Counted from the first letter of the stretch, positions 51,805 through 61,013 are shown. The stretch: 64,000 bases of DNA from Pyrinomonadaceae bacterium (GCA_036518995.1 DATDMC010000096.1:6-64005), one strand, 5' to 3'. Translations and numbers: made by a program. Notes: generated from the letters alone by a model not told the origin.

Positions 51805-52992
51805 ATGCGCTGGAAGATCGGCTCTTCCAGTAAGAAAAAGGAACTTGAAACTCGCGGCATCTCGCTTTTGGAGCGGGCGATCAAGTCCCTGCCCGCCATC
51901 CTGATCGGTATTTGTCTCACCTTTTTTCTCAGTCGTTCGGGAGTTTTTCGTCAGCTTGAAACTTACGCGCTCGATACGCAAGTTCGCTTGCAAGGCGCTG
52001 AGCGCGACAGCGATGTCGCCATTGTTTTGATCGACGATGAAGATTACGCGAACCTTTTCGAAGGCAAGAGTCCACTCAATCACACGTCACTTGAAAAACT
52101 CATCAACGCAATCGCCGCCGGCAAGCCGCGCGTTATCGGTATCGATGTCGATACTTCCTCGCCGCAGTTTCGGGATCTAAAACTACCGGCAGGTGGTCCA
52201 GTTATCGTGTGGGCCCAGGCGGGTAGTTTCTCGCATCGCGACAACAAGTATCACCTGACAAGTTTGCTTGGCGGACAGGAGGCTGATTCGAAGTCCGGAA
52301 TCGTTGTGATGCGACTTGATTCGGATGGCGCGATTCGTCGTTATCCGCGGATGTGTGAAACAAACAAAGGTCCGCTGCCGTCGTTTCCGTGGGTAGTTGC
52401 CAGTCAATTCGATCCGAGCGGGGCGGGTAAACATTCATCGTCGGAAGACGATCTCTTTATCAAATTTGCGGGCGACAACGCCGGCTCGCATCGCGTGCAT
52501 TTCACTGCTTCGCGTGTTCTGTCCCTGGCGGATGGTCCAGGCTGGCAGACTGACAGTCCAATCAAAGACAAGATCGTTTTGTTGGGCGGCGCGTATGGTT
52601 CGGAAGATGAACACGATACGCCGCTTGGCTGGATGCTGGGTGTGGAAGTGCTCGCTTATGCAGTGGATACCGAGCTGCTCGGCGGTGGCACAAAACCGGC
52701 GAGTCCGATTCTTGTAACTGTGTTAGGCGGTTTTGTTGGATTGTTATTGCTGTTGTTCTTTCAACACTTCCGCCCCGCGAAAGCGATCCTGATAAGTTTG
52801 CTGATCGTACCGATTTTGGGGGCGCTGAGTAGCCTGGTGGCATTTCGATCGATGGCGTTTTGGGCGTACTTTGTGCCGATACCGTTAGCGGTGTTGACGC
52901 AGGAGATCTATCACCATGCGAAAGACTATCGCATGAGATTGATCAAGCAGCTTTATCAGGGCGTGGTTGGCAAGGACGAAGAAGAGTCGTAA
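51805..52992 (+). CDS. Stand-alone CHASE2-domain membrane protein (no output domain)
   Basis: 395 aa, RBS agggga. N-terminal TM, then CHASE2-like LETYALDTQVRL ... VAIVLIDDEDY ... VIGIDVDTS, three C-terminal TM helices and a tail of about 30 aa. Confidence 0.75.
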   Translation: MRWKIGSSSKKKELETRGISLLERAIKSLPAILIGICLTFFLSRSGVFRQLETYALDTQVRLQGAERDSDVAIVLIDDEDYANLFEGKSPLNHTSLEKLINAIAAGKPRVIGIDVDTSSPQFRDLKLPAGGPVIVWAQAGSFSHRDNKYHLTSLLGGQEADSKSGIVVMRLDSDGAIRRYPRMCETNKGPLPSFPWVVASQFDPSGAGKHSSSEDDLFIKFAGDNAGSHRVHFTASRVLSLADGPGWQTDSPIKDKIVLLGGAYGSEDEHDTPLGWMLGVEVLAYAVDTELLGGGTKPASPILVTVLGGFVGLLLLLFFQHFRPAKAILISLLIVPILGALSSLVAFRSMAFWAYFVPIPLAVLTQEIYHHAKDYRMRLIKQLYQGVVGKDEEES

Positions 52993-53000
52993 TGGAAGAA

Positions 53001-53097
53001 GGATTAACCACAAAGACGCAAAGGCACAAAGTGAATCAAAAGAAGAGTCGTCCCTTTTTATTAATTTTGTGTCTTTGGGCCTTTGTGGTTCATGCCT
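53001..53097. repeat. Family C2 palindromic element
   Basis: ggattaaccacaaagacgcaaaggcacaaagtg ... ttttgtgtctttgggcctttgtggttcatgcc. Lies between convergent stops. Confidence 0.8.
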
Positions 53098-53109
53098 GCT
53101 TCTAATGGA

Positions 53110-54378
53110 TTACGGGTTCGTTGCTGGATTCACAGTTCCAAATTCTCCAGCGTGGGCTTTTGCGAAATACACCGCCAACAAACACGCGACCAGCATAATT
53201 CCAGACCCGGTCCAGAACGTCACAAACAACGAGTGGTCGCTCATAAAGTGAGGCAAACCGTCAGCGCCATGATGCGCGACCTGGCTATTTATCAACACCG
53301 CCGCTAGCGATGGTCCAACTGCTCGCGCCAAACTCGCTGCCGATTGCGTAACACCCAACACCGTCCCTTGTTCTGCTGGTCCAACACTCTTCGACGCCAG
53401 GCTTGTTAGCGCCGGAGTTGAAAGCGAGTTGCCCAACGAGAACACCCCGCCACCAATTAGTAGTCCGATAAGACCACCGACCGCTGGTCCAACAAAGGGA
53501 ACCGCAAACAAACTGATCGCAAAACAAAGCGCGCCAAAGATCACGAGTGGCAACTCGCCAAAACGTTTGACGAGTTTGCCGATCAAACCACCTTGAATGA
53601 CGACCGCGATCAGTCCGACGTAAGCGAACAAATAGCCGTTATGTTGAGCGTCGTAGCCAAAGCGAAACATCGTGTAGAGCGAAAACGATGTGGTCATAAT
53701 CGAAAAGGCGACGATGAAGAGAAAGTAGATGACGAGAACAAAACCCAGTTTGGGATCTTTCAACGATTCCATTAGTTGGCCCAAACCTCGTCCCCGGGCG
53801 GCTGACTGGCGGGCCGGATGGTCCTTAGTAACTGTTTCCGGCAAAGTGAAATAGAGCAGGATCGAATTGGCGAAACAGAGTCCGGCAGCGAAGAAGAAGG
53901 GAACATGAATGCCCCAGCGGCTAAGTATGCCTCCGATAGCGGGACCAAAAATGAAGCCGAGTCCAAAGGCCGCGCCGAGTAGGCCCATACCCTTGGCCCG
54001 GTCCTCTTTCGTAGTTACATCGGCGATGTAAGCCTGGGCCGTGGAAATGTTGCCGCCGGTGATGCCGTCGAGAATGCGACCGACAAAAAGCATCCAGATG
54101 GTGGTTGCGAAACCGAGAAAGAGGAAGCCGATGCCGGTGCCTATGATCGAAATGAAGAGCACAGGGCGGCGACCATATTTATCGGAGAGTCGACCAAGTA
54201 TGGGTGAAAAGATCAATTGCATGATCGAGTAAGAAGCGAAGAGAAACCCGACCGTGCGTGGTGTCGCGTTGAAAGCCGTTCCTTCCGCGTAGAACGGCAG
54301 GACCGGAATTACGATCCCGAAGCCAACGAGATCGATAAAGACGGTAGTAAAGATAACGATGAGCGGAGAACGTTTCAT
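53110..54378 (-). CDS. MFS transporter (DHA1/Tet-like)
   Basis: Trimmed to the ATG at 54376-54378. Motif A GRLSDKYGRRPVL, 12 predicted helices. The six-frame extension to 54444 lies in the repeat array. Confidence 0.85.
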   Translation of the reverse strand: MKRSPLIVIFTTVFIDLVGFGIVIPVLPFYAEGTAFNATPRTVGFLFASYSIMQLIFSPILGRLSDKYGRRPVLFISIIGTGIGFLFLGFATTIWMLFVGRILDGITGGNISTAQAYIADVTTKEDRAKGMGLLGAAFGLGFIFGPAIGGILSRWGIHVPFFFAAGLCFANSILLYFTLPETVTKDHPARQSAARGRGLGQLMESLKDPKLGFVLVIYFLFIVAFSIMTTSFSLYTMFRFGYDAQHNGYLFAYVGLIAVVIQGGLIGKLVKRFGELPLVIFGALCFAISLFAVPFVGPAVGGLIGLLIGGGVFSLGNSLSTPALTSLASKSVGPAEQGTVLGVTQSAASLARAVGPSLAAVLINSQVAHHGADGLPHFMSDHSLFVTFWTGSGIMLVACLLAVYFAKAHAGEFGTVNPATNP

Positions 54379-54383
54379 TGGGG

Positions 54384-54622
54384 AGTCAGTACCACCTCGC
54401 GGTAGCGGGTGGGTTTGCTGTGATAATTGAAGAATCATTACCACCTTGCGATAGCAGGTGGGTTTGTTGTGATAATTGAAGAATCATTACCACCTTGCGA
54501 TAGCAGGTGGGTTTGTTGTGATAATTGAAGAGTCAGTACCACCTCGCGGTAGCGAGTGGGTTTGTGATAATGGCGCCATTGAGCATGGTCGACCCACCCG
54601 CTACCGCGAGGTGGTACTGACT
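54384..54622. repeat. Tandem array of four 49-bp family B left-arm units closed by one right arm
   Basis: Units start at 54384, 54433, 54482 and 54531 (agtcagtaccacctcgcggtagcgggtgggtttgctgtgataattgaag and variants). The inverted arm acccacccgctaccgcgaggtggtactgact is at 54592-54622. Confidence 0.9.
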
Positions 54623-54625
54623 TAA

Positions 54626-55066
54626 TTACCTTCGTCGTCCGCCACCCAAAGCTCTGTCGACAGAAGCCTGGCCACCGCCTGATATTAAGAGTGCCAGCGC
54701 AATTCCTAAAAGTGCCAGCGGAAGTTCGTAGCCACGGTTGGCTGAAAACAAACCATTCGGCCAATGAACACCCGCGATTGCCGTGAGCATGGTGCAGGCG
54801 ATAAAGAAGGCGCCGACTCGCGTTAGAAATCCGAGTGCGACAAGAATTCCGCCGACGAACTCTGACAGTGCTGCGGCTCCGAGCCAGAGCCAGGCAGGTT
54901 TCATAAAGGGAAAAGGTGTGGTGCCGGCAATGAAAGCTTTGAAACCCTGTCCGCCCCAAAGGCCAAGTACCTTTTGTCCGCCGTGCCCGATCATTACGAT
55001 TCCCAGAACGAGTCGGAGTGGAAGCGTTATTAGAGTTGAAGATGTCGAGATCAGTTTTTGAAACAT
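54626..55066 (-). CDS. DoxX-family membrane protein
   Basis: 146 aa with 4 helices. LRLVLGIVMIGHGGQK is typical of DoxX. Confidence 0.8.
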   Translation of the reverse strand: MFQKLISTSSTLITLPLRLVLGIVMIGHGGQKVLGLWGGQGFKAFIAGTTPFPFMKPAWLWLGAAALSEFVGGILVALGFLTRVGAFFIACTMLTAIAGVHWPNGLFSANRGYELPLALLGIALALLISGGGQASVDRALGGGRRR

Positions 55067-55114
55067 GCGATCAGGTTCCCTTCGATCTTTGAATGCAAGT
55101 GGATATTAACAGAC

Positions 55115-55190
55115 GGGGGAGGGAGAAGGCAGAAGCAGAAGGCGGCAGGCAGAGGCAGAAGGCAGGAGCAGGCAGCGGGAGGCAATACCA
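55115..55190. repeat. Purine-rich short-period low-complexity block (GGCAGAA-like units)
   Basis: gggggagggagaaggcagaagcagaaggcggcaggcagaggcagaaggcaggagcaggcagcgggaggc. Same unit type as 28297-28331. Confidence 0.7.
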
Positions 55191-55220
55191 TCGACTGCCG
55201 TCTGGTGGGATTCCCAACGC

Positions 55221-55649
55221 TCAACCGGCGGCGGCGAGCCGCGAGACAATTACCTGCTTCGGTTGGGCGCCAATCAGCCGGTCAATCAACTTCCCATCTT
55301 TAAAAATCAACATCGTCGGAATGCTCGCGATCTGATATTGCAAAGCGATCTGAGGGTTCTCGTCAACGTTCAACTTGGCAATGCGATAACGCCCGCGCGA
55401 TTCAGCCGCCAGTTGATCCAACACCGGCGCAATCGCGCGACATGGACCACACCACGCAGCCCACGCATCAACCAAAATTGGTGAACCAGTTGCTTGCAAA
55501 ATATCGTGAGCAAAGCTCGCGTCAGTCACAATAAACGGTTTCGTCTCCAGCTTTGTCCCGCAACGTCCACACTTCGCTTTGCCTTCGCTGAGTTTCGCTT
55601 CGTCGACCCGATTATTCGCGCCGCAATTTGTGCATGCAATAACTACCAT
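55221..55649 (-). CDS. trxC: Thioredoxin with N-terminal zinc-finger extension (TrxC type)
   Basis: 142 aa. CTNCG ... CGRCG zinc ribbon followed by the WAAWCGPCR active site. Confidence 0.9.
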   Translation of the reverse strand: MVVIACTNCGANNRVDEAKLSEGKAKCGRCGTKLETKPFIVTDASFAHDILQATGSPILVDAWAAWCGPCRAIAPVLDQLAAESRGRYRIAKLNVDENPQIALQYQIASIPTMLIFKDGKLIDRLIGAQPKQVIVSRLAAAG

Positions 55650-55796
55650 AGCAAGCTATTTGACTCGTGATAAATCGCAAAAGTTTGCCGAAAGTCGAAC
55701 TCTCGACGACATATTTCCAACCGTCGCAAGACTCGCCGTCGCACTTCGTAGTAACATTCGGCGTTCATTTCATTGAACATCCAAACAGAGGAACCA

Positions 55797-57668
55797 ATGA
55801 CAAAGTTTATCGCCATTCCGGTTTTTGTATTCGTCTTCGCAATTAGCGCTTTTGCCCAAACGACCGCGCCAGACATCGCCTTTTCGATTGGCATGTCGCG
55901 TCCACATACGCATCTCTTTGAAGTCGAAATTCGCGTCAAGCGACCTGCGAACGGGCCCGCCCAGGAAACCTTGATCATGCCTGTTTGGACGCCTGGTTCT
56001 TACCTCGTTCGCGAGTTTGAACGGAATGTGCAGGACTTCAACGTGAAGGACGCCGCGGGCCAACCGCTGAAATGGGACAAGGTCAACAAGAACACCTGGA
56101 AGATTGAAACTAACGGCGCAACGGAATGGCATGCTACTTATCGTGTCTATGCCAACGAACTCACGGTCAGAACAAGCGAACTCAATTCCAGTCATGCATT
56201 CTGGAACAACGCAAACCTGTTGATGTATTTGGACGGCTACTTAAAGTCGCCTTCAACGGTACAGGTGCTTGCGCCGGACGCCTGGAAAGTTGCTACCGGA
56301 CTACCGGCAGCGCCTGGTCCAAAGAATACTTTTCGGGCGGAAAATTTCGACATTCTTTACGACTCGCCGTTTGAAGTCAGTGATTTCAAAACGATCCAGT
56401 TTGTCGTAAAGGGTGTGAAGCATCGCATCGTGATCGATGGAGAAGGAAACTACGACGCCGAGCGAATGCGCAACGACGTGCAGAAAATTGTAGAAACTGA
56501 AGTGAACATCATGGGAGGCGAGGTCCCTTACGCTGATTACACTTTCTTTCTTCATCTGCGGACCAACGGCGGCGGTGGTTTGGAGCACTTGAACTCCGCC
56601 TCGCTTGGTTATCCACGCTTCGGCTTTAGAAGCGCAAACGCAGACCGCGCAACTTCGTCTTCTCCGAATGCGCAACCGGCTGAGCGCGAGTACCGAGGAT
56701 TTCTTTCCCTCGTGGCCCATGAATTTTTTCATTTGTGGAATGTGAAGCGCATCAGACCGGATGCTTTGGGACCGTTTGATTACACGCAGGAGAATTACAC
56801 GAAGGTCCTCTGGGTTGCCGAAGGTATCACCGACTACTACGCCGATGTCGCGTTGCGCCGCGCGAATTTGATTTCTGAACGCGACTTCCTGGCTGCGACC
56901 GCGCGTTCGTTCCAGTCTCTCCAAAATACACCGGGACGTCTGGTCCAAAGTGCTGAAGAAGCGAGTTACGATTCGTGGATCAAGTTTTACCGGCCGGATG
57001 AAAATTCAGTTAACTCGCAGGTCTCTTATTACGACAAGGGCGCGATTCTTGGTCTCTTGCTCGATCTTGAAATTCGTAAACGCAGCAACAACGAAAAGTC
57101 GCTTGACGATGTAATGCGTTACATGCTGAACGAGTTCTACAAGAAGAACCGCAACTATGGATCACAGGATTTTCAAAAGGCGTGCGAGTTGATGGCCGGT
57201 TCGAGTCTCGAAGAATTTTTTGCGAAGTACATTCGTGGCAAGGAAGAGCTTGACTACAATGCGGCGTTGAATGCAGCGGGCCTGCAATTAGAGACGCAGA
57301 ATGCGATGGAAGGTGGTAAACCGGTTGAAAAGATGTACTTTGGCGCCGACACTGCATGGGAAGACAATCGCCTGGTAGTCAAGAAAGTTTATGCGGGTTC
57401 GCCGGCTTACGATCAAGGTTTGAATACTGGAGATCAGATCCTTGCGATAAATAACATGCGTGCGACTAAGGAGTTTTTTGATGCGCGCATGGCGGAAAAG
57501 AAACCGGGCGACTTGATCAATCTGACTATCTTCCGCTTCGACGATTTGAGCACGCTGTTGATAAAACTTGGCGGTCGAACCGAAGGCACTTATCGGATTG
57601 TCGCGTTGCCGAATACAAGCGACGCACAGAAAAAGATCTATAAGGGTTGGTTAGGACTCGCGCAATAA
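55797..57668 (+). CDS. M61-family glycyl aminopeptidase with C-terminal PDZ domain, secreted
   Basis: Trimmed to the ATG at 55797 after agagga. Signal FIAIPVFVFVFAISAFAQT. Motifs HEFFHLWNVKRIRP and PDZ-like GDQILAINN. Confidence 0.85.
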   Translation: MTKFIAIPVFVFVFAISAFAQTTAPDIAFSIGMSRPHTHLFEVEIRVKRPANGPAQETLIMPVWTPGSYLVREFERNVQDFNVKDAAGQPLKWDKVNKNTWKIETNGATEWHATYRVYANELTVRTSELNSSHAFWNNANLLMYLDGYLKSPSTVQVLAPDAWKVATGLPAAPGPKNTFRAENFDILYDSPFEVSDFKTIQFVVKGVKHRIVIDGEGNYDAERMRNDVQKIVETEVNIMGGEVPYADYTFFLHLRTNGGGGLEHLNSASLGYPRFGFRSANADRATSSSPNAQPAEREYRGFLSLVAHEFFHLWNVKRIRPDALGPFDYTQENYTKVLWVAEGITDYYADVALRRANLISERDFLAATARSFQSLQNTPGRLVQSAEEASYDSWIKFYRPDENSVNSQVSYYDKGAILGLLLDLEIRKRSNNEKSLDDVMRYMLNEFYKKNRNYGSQDFQKACELMAGSSLEEFFAKYIRGKEELDYNAALNAAGLQLETQNAMEGGKPVEKMYFGADTAWEDNRLVVKKVYAGSPAYDQGLNTGDQILAINNMRATKEFFDARMAEKKPGDLINLTIFRFDDLSTLLIKLGGRTEGTYRIVALPNTSDAQKKIYKGWLGLAQ

Positions 57669-57682
57669 ATGTTCGCTTAAAA

Positions 57683-57786
57683 ACTCTGCGACTCTGCGAA
57701 ACTCTGCGTCTCTGTGTTGAAATCAGGGAGCGCTTAATCGAACCTTGGGTTTAACGCGGAGACGCAGAGACGCAGAGACGCAGAGT
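57683..57786. repeat. Family C palindromic element
   Basis: actctgcgactctgcgaaactctgcgtctctgtgttgaaa / tttaacgcggagacgcagagacgcagagacgcagagt. Confidence 0.9.
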
Positions 57787-57803
57787 ACGGATAACAACCA
57801 TTC

Positions 57804-58574
57804 ATGGCTTACGAAAACATTCGCCTCTCAATTGACGATCGCGTTGCGCGGATCGCGCTTGTTCGTCCTCCGCTCAACATTCTCAACATCGCGATGATGC
57901 GTGAGATTGGACGCGCGCTTAGCGAACTTTCAGGGCAGGACCTGGTCGCCATAGTTTTCGAAGCTGAGAAAGACGCGCGGGCGTTTAGTGCCGGCGTGGC
58001 TGTTGAAGATCACACTCAGGACACTGTCTATCAAATGCTCGATGCGTTTCACGCCATCTTTCGCCAACTCGAACAACTGGCCAAACCAACGATTGCCGTA
58101 GTTGATGGTCCAGCTTTGGGCGGCGGTTGCGAACTCGTGGCGGCCTGCGACATTGTGATCGCTTCGAACCGGGCCAAATTTGGTCAGCCGGAAATAAAAC
58201 TCGGTGTATTTCCGCCAGTAGCGGCGATACTTTTGCCAATCGTCATCGGTGAAAAGAAGGCGCGGGAACTGATTTTTACGGGCGAGATAATCGACGCTGT
58301 CGAAGCCGGTAAACTGGGCCTATGCAACCACGTAGTGCCTGTCACTCATCTTGAACAGAAGCTGACGGAGGTGCTGGCAAAACTCCGCGAGCTTTCGAGT
58401 GCCGCGCTAGAGTTCACGAGGCGCGCACTCGACATCGGAAGAGGTGGAACGATCGATAAAGCTCTCAAGGAACTGGAAAATATTTATCTTCACGAACTGA
58501 TGCGTTCATCAGACGCGAACGAGGGAATCAAAGCCTTCATGGAAAAACGCAAGCCGGTCTGGCGCAACCGATAG
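57804..58574 (+). CDS. Enoyl-CoA hydratase/isomerase-family protein
   Basis: 256 aa. Crotonase fold motifs FSAGVAVED, AVVDGPALGGGCELV, PEIKLGVFP. Confidence 0.85.
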   Translation: MAYENIRLSIDDRVARIALVRPPLNILNIAMMREIGRALSELSGQDLVAIVFEAEKDARAFSAGVAVEDHTQDTVYQMLDAFHAIFRQLEQLAKPTIAVVDGPALGGGCELVAACDIVIASNRAKFGQPEIKLGVFPPVAAILLPIVIGEKKARELIFTGEIIDAVEAGKLGLCNHVVPVTHLEQKLTEVLAKLRELSSAALEFTRRALDIGRGGTIDKALKELENIYLHELMRSSDANEGIKAFMEKRKPVWRNR

Positions 58575-58575
58575 C

Positions 58576-59589
58576 ATGAACTACTTGCCTTTCATATCGG
58601 ACCGCAGGCGTCCCCGCCTGCTAACGTCGCCACTTCAGGACCGCAGGCGTCCTCGCCTGCTAGCTTCGTTACTTCAGGACCGCAGGCGTCCCCGCCTGCT
58701 AACCTGGCTAGTCGCTCTCGTCGCTTCATGCTTTATTTTCGTTGCGTTTCCTTCGGTTGGACTAACCCAACAACAGTCAAAAATCGCTGCCGGTAAAGTT
58801 GGTTCACACCCGGCTCCGGCGCACTCGAGCATGAGTCCGGCTCTTCGCGCGCTCGTTGATGAAGCAACGAACGCCGTTTGCACCGAGGCCAAACTCGATC
58901 CACTCGGTAGCGTGGCGATTGATGACATGCAGGCGCGACCTTCGCTTCCCGTGACAGCGCCTGAAGCGCGCGCCGGCGCCGAACGTGCCCAACGTCTTTT
59001 ACCGGTCGCGAAAGGACTGGTAATTAATGCACTCCAACAATTGATCGTCGAATATCGATTGCAGAAAGTGCCTGGCATTCAACTCAAGTTGCAGGCTGCG
59101 ACTGCGCGGGTGCAGGCAGTAAACACTGTCAGGCCTGACGTGGATTCGCGCGACAATGCTTCCGTTTTCATGAGCCGGCCGCACAGCATCACGTTTGGGA
59201 CGATTTTTCTCGCCGGCTTACGTTCGGATGAAGGAATGATAAGTGTGTTGGCCCATGAACTAACGCACATCGCCGATGGTGATAACGACAGTTTGCGAGT
59301 GGTAGTTTCTGCCGTTGGCGATAAAGCTTCCGGTCTGGCCGGGATGGAAATCCGCGGTCAGCGTAGTGAAGAATTAACGTGTGACTTGATCGGCGCGATG
59401 GCGGTGCGTGCCTACGTCGCTGACACGCCCGACTATCAATCTCTATCGCGTCGTTTGTCCCGCTCGCTTCAGCACAACTGCGTCGAAGTTGATGAAGGTG
59501 ATGACGATCACCTTTCGCCAAGAAATACGATTCGCGCTTTGCTGGCGGTAAGTCCTGTGTTAGTGAACGAACTGATCAATGAGCGATAA
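58576..59589 (+). CDS. Hypothetical HExxH protein (putative zinc metalloprotease); N-terminus encoded by three in-frame family D repeat units
   Basis: The ATG is 1 nt after the upstream stop. DRRRPRLL occurs three times, then the hydrophobic WLVALVASCFIFVAFPSVGL, and VLAHELTHIADGD in the body. The start is uncertain; the next in-frame ATG is the MSPALRAL Met. Confidence 0.55.
   Translation: MNYLPFISDRRRPRLLTSPLQDRRRPRLLASLLQDRRRPRLLTWLVALVASCFIFVAFPSVGLTQQQSKIAAGKVGSHPAPAHSSMSPALRALVDEATNAVCTEAKLDPLGSVAIDDMQARPSLPVTAPEARAGAERAQRLLPVAKGLVINALQQLIVEYRLQKVPGIQLKLQAATARVQAVNTVRPDVDSRDNASVFMSRPHSITFGTIFLAGLRSDEGMISVLAHELTHIADGDNDSLRVVVSAVGDKASGLAGMEIRGQRSEELTCDLIGAMAVRAYVADTPDYQSLSRRLSRSLQHNCVEVDEGDDDHLSPRNTIRALLAVSPVLVNELINER
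58599..58703 (+). repeat. Three tandem family D units, 39-nt period, inside the coding 5' end
   Basis: ggaccgcaggcgtccccgcctgctaac at 58599, 58638 (one substitution each in the hairpin loop, tcct, and in the 3' tail, tagc) and 58677. Each contains the hairpin gcaggcg-tccy-cgcctgc. Confidence 0.9.
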
Positions 59590-59604
59590 CGTCAGCAAGA
59601 AGCT

Positions 59605-59713
59605 CATCTCGGCATCTCAGCGTAGTCCGCGTCTCTGTGTTGAAATCGAAGTTTTGCTTAAATGAGGCTCAATTTCAACACAGAGACGCTGAGAATGCCG
59701 AGACGCAGAGATG
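59605..59713. repeat. Family C palindromic element
   Basis: catctcggcatctcagcgtagtccgcgtctctgtgttgaaat / atttcaacacagagacgctgagaatgccgagacgcagagatg. Confidence 0.9.
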
Positions 59714-59765
59714 AGTTTCTTCTCATTGACAACTTCTCTTTCGCCTAAATATCATCATCGCCAAC

Positions 59766-60998
59766 ATGGGGACGGGCCATCACCTTTTGCTTCGCAACAG
59801 GAAAACAACGAGCTCCTTAATACTCACAATTCTTACCGCACTCGCGTTAGTCGTAAGCTGTAAAAGTGTGATCGAACGACAGTCGGATGTACGGCCACGG
59901 ATTTTGCGCGACGTGCCGGCGCAGAATCTTGCTTATCGACTTGATCCTGACGTGTCGCTGCCTTCTGAGGTCAAATTAGACGACGTTACCGATAAGTTTG
60001 CCGCAGTTCAGAACGACTTCAACACCCCGAAACGCCAGGACGATGCTTTATTGCGGACCGTTGTTTCGCCGGATGGTCGCCGCGTGCTCGCGCTTTACGG
60101 CACGTCGGATGAACCCAGTTCCGCGTTTCGCATCGATCTTTATGGTGCTGACGGACAGTTTTTGCGCAACATCATTCCGCCGGGTATCTCCTGCGTTTTT
60201 CCGGAGACGGTTACCTGGTCGCCCGATGGCTCCTACATCAATTTTATTGCGCATAAACGTGATGCCCCGAGTCCCAGTCCAACCCCGGTTGAAGACACGC
60301 CGGAACCGACAGGATCACCTGTGCCGTCACCATCCATCGCGCCGGCGTTTGCGCCAGTTGCGAGTTTCAGCACTGAACAGATCTACATCTGCAATCGCGA
60401 TGGTTACGATTTAAAGCCACTTACTGCGCGTGAAGGTCTAATCTATTTTTACTTTGTGTGGGCGCCCGATGGTCATGCGATGGCGGCTTTGGCTTGTAAA
60501 GAAGATGAGTGGAATGAGCGCGAAAGACAATTCAAAATGCCGGCTGGTCGACCGCGTTTGCTCGAACTCGATGGCACCGAACGTCTCCTCGACGATGGTC
60601 TAACAGATGCACTTCCGGTGTGGTCGCCTGATGCAGCGAAAGTGGCAACCGCTTTTGATAGCGACGTGGCGATTTACGATGCGGCGACTACAAAGCCGAC
60701 CCAGGCTCGTGTTCTGTTGGGCAACCAGTTGATCCAGGCGTCGGTTGTTTACGAGCAAAGAACTGCAGTCAGGAAAGTTGAACCGGCAAAGAACGTAAAC
60801 AGTAAGTCGCCGGCCCCCGCACCGGAGCAGTCTTCAACTCCAGTTTCTTTTAATCCGATCGTTCGCCTCGAGTGGCCCTCACCAGAACGACTCTATTTCA
60901 AAACTGCCTATGTCAGACTGATGCCGAGTGAAGCGATAAACACGTTTCAGCGCTGGCATCTGTTGAATTTAAGTGCCCAAGCCGCTGTGTTGAAGTAA
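59766..60998 (+). CDS. Lipoprotein with PD40/TolB-like beta-propeller repeats, hypothetical
   Basis: Lipobox LTALALVVSC. Repeated VSPDGRRV, WSPDGSYI, WAPDGHAM, WSPDAAKV. Pro-rich linker. Confidence 0.65.
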   Translation: MGTGHHLLLRNRKTTSSLILTILTALALVVSCKSVIERQSDVRPRILRDVPAQNLAYRLDPDVSLPSEVKLDDVTDKFAAVQNDFNTPKRQDDALLRTVVSPDGRRVLALYGTSDEPSSAFRIDLYGADGQFLRNIIPPGISCVFPETVTWSPDGSYINFIAHKRDAPSPSPTPVEDTPEPTGSPVPSPSIAPAFAPVASFSTEQIYICNRDGYDLKPLTAREGLIYFYFVWAPDGHAMAALACKEDEWNERERQFKMPAGRPRLLELDGTERLLDDGLTDALPVWSPDAAKVATAFDSDVAIYDAATTKPTQARVLLGNQLIQASVVYEQRTAVRKVEPAKNVNSKSPAPAPEQSSTPVSFNPIVRLEWPSPERLYFKTAYVRLMPSEAINTFQRWHLLNLSAQAAVLK

Positions 60999-61013
60999 CC
61001 CCATCCTTTTGCT

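Noticed and set aside
54384-54622. Regular 49-bp periodicity that a CRISPR finder might call as an array.
   Set aside because: The entire 49-bp unit is repeated, including what would be the spacer, so there are no unique spacers. The unit is a family B REP arm also found at 5553-5656. There are no cas genes in the window.
58594-58720. The RRRPRLL repeats could be twin-arginine (Tat) signals.
   Set aside because: The sequence does not fit S/T-R-R-x-F-L-K: a Pro and an Arg follow the RR pair, and there is no F-L-K. I treat it only as a generic positively charged n-region.
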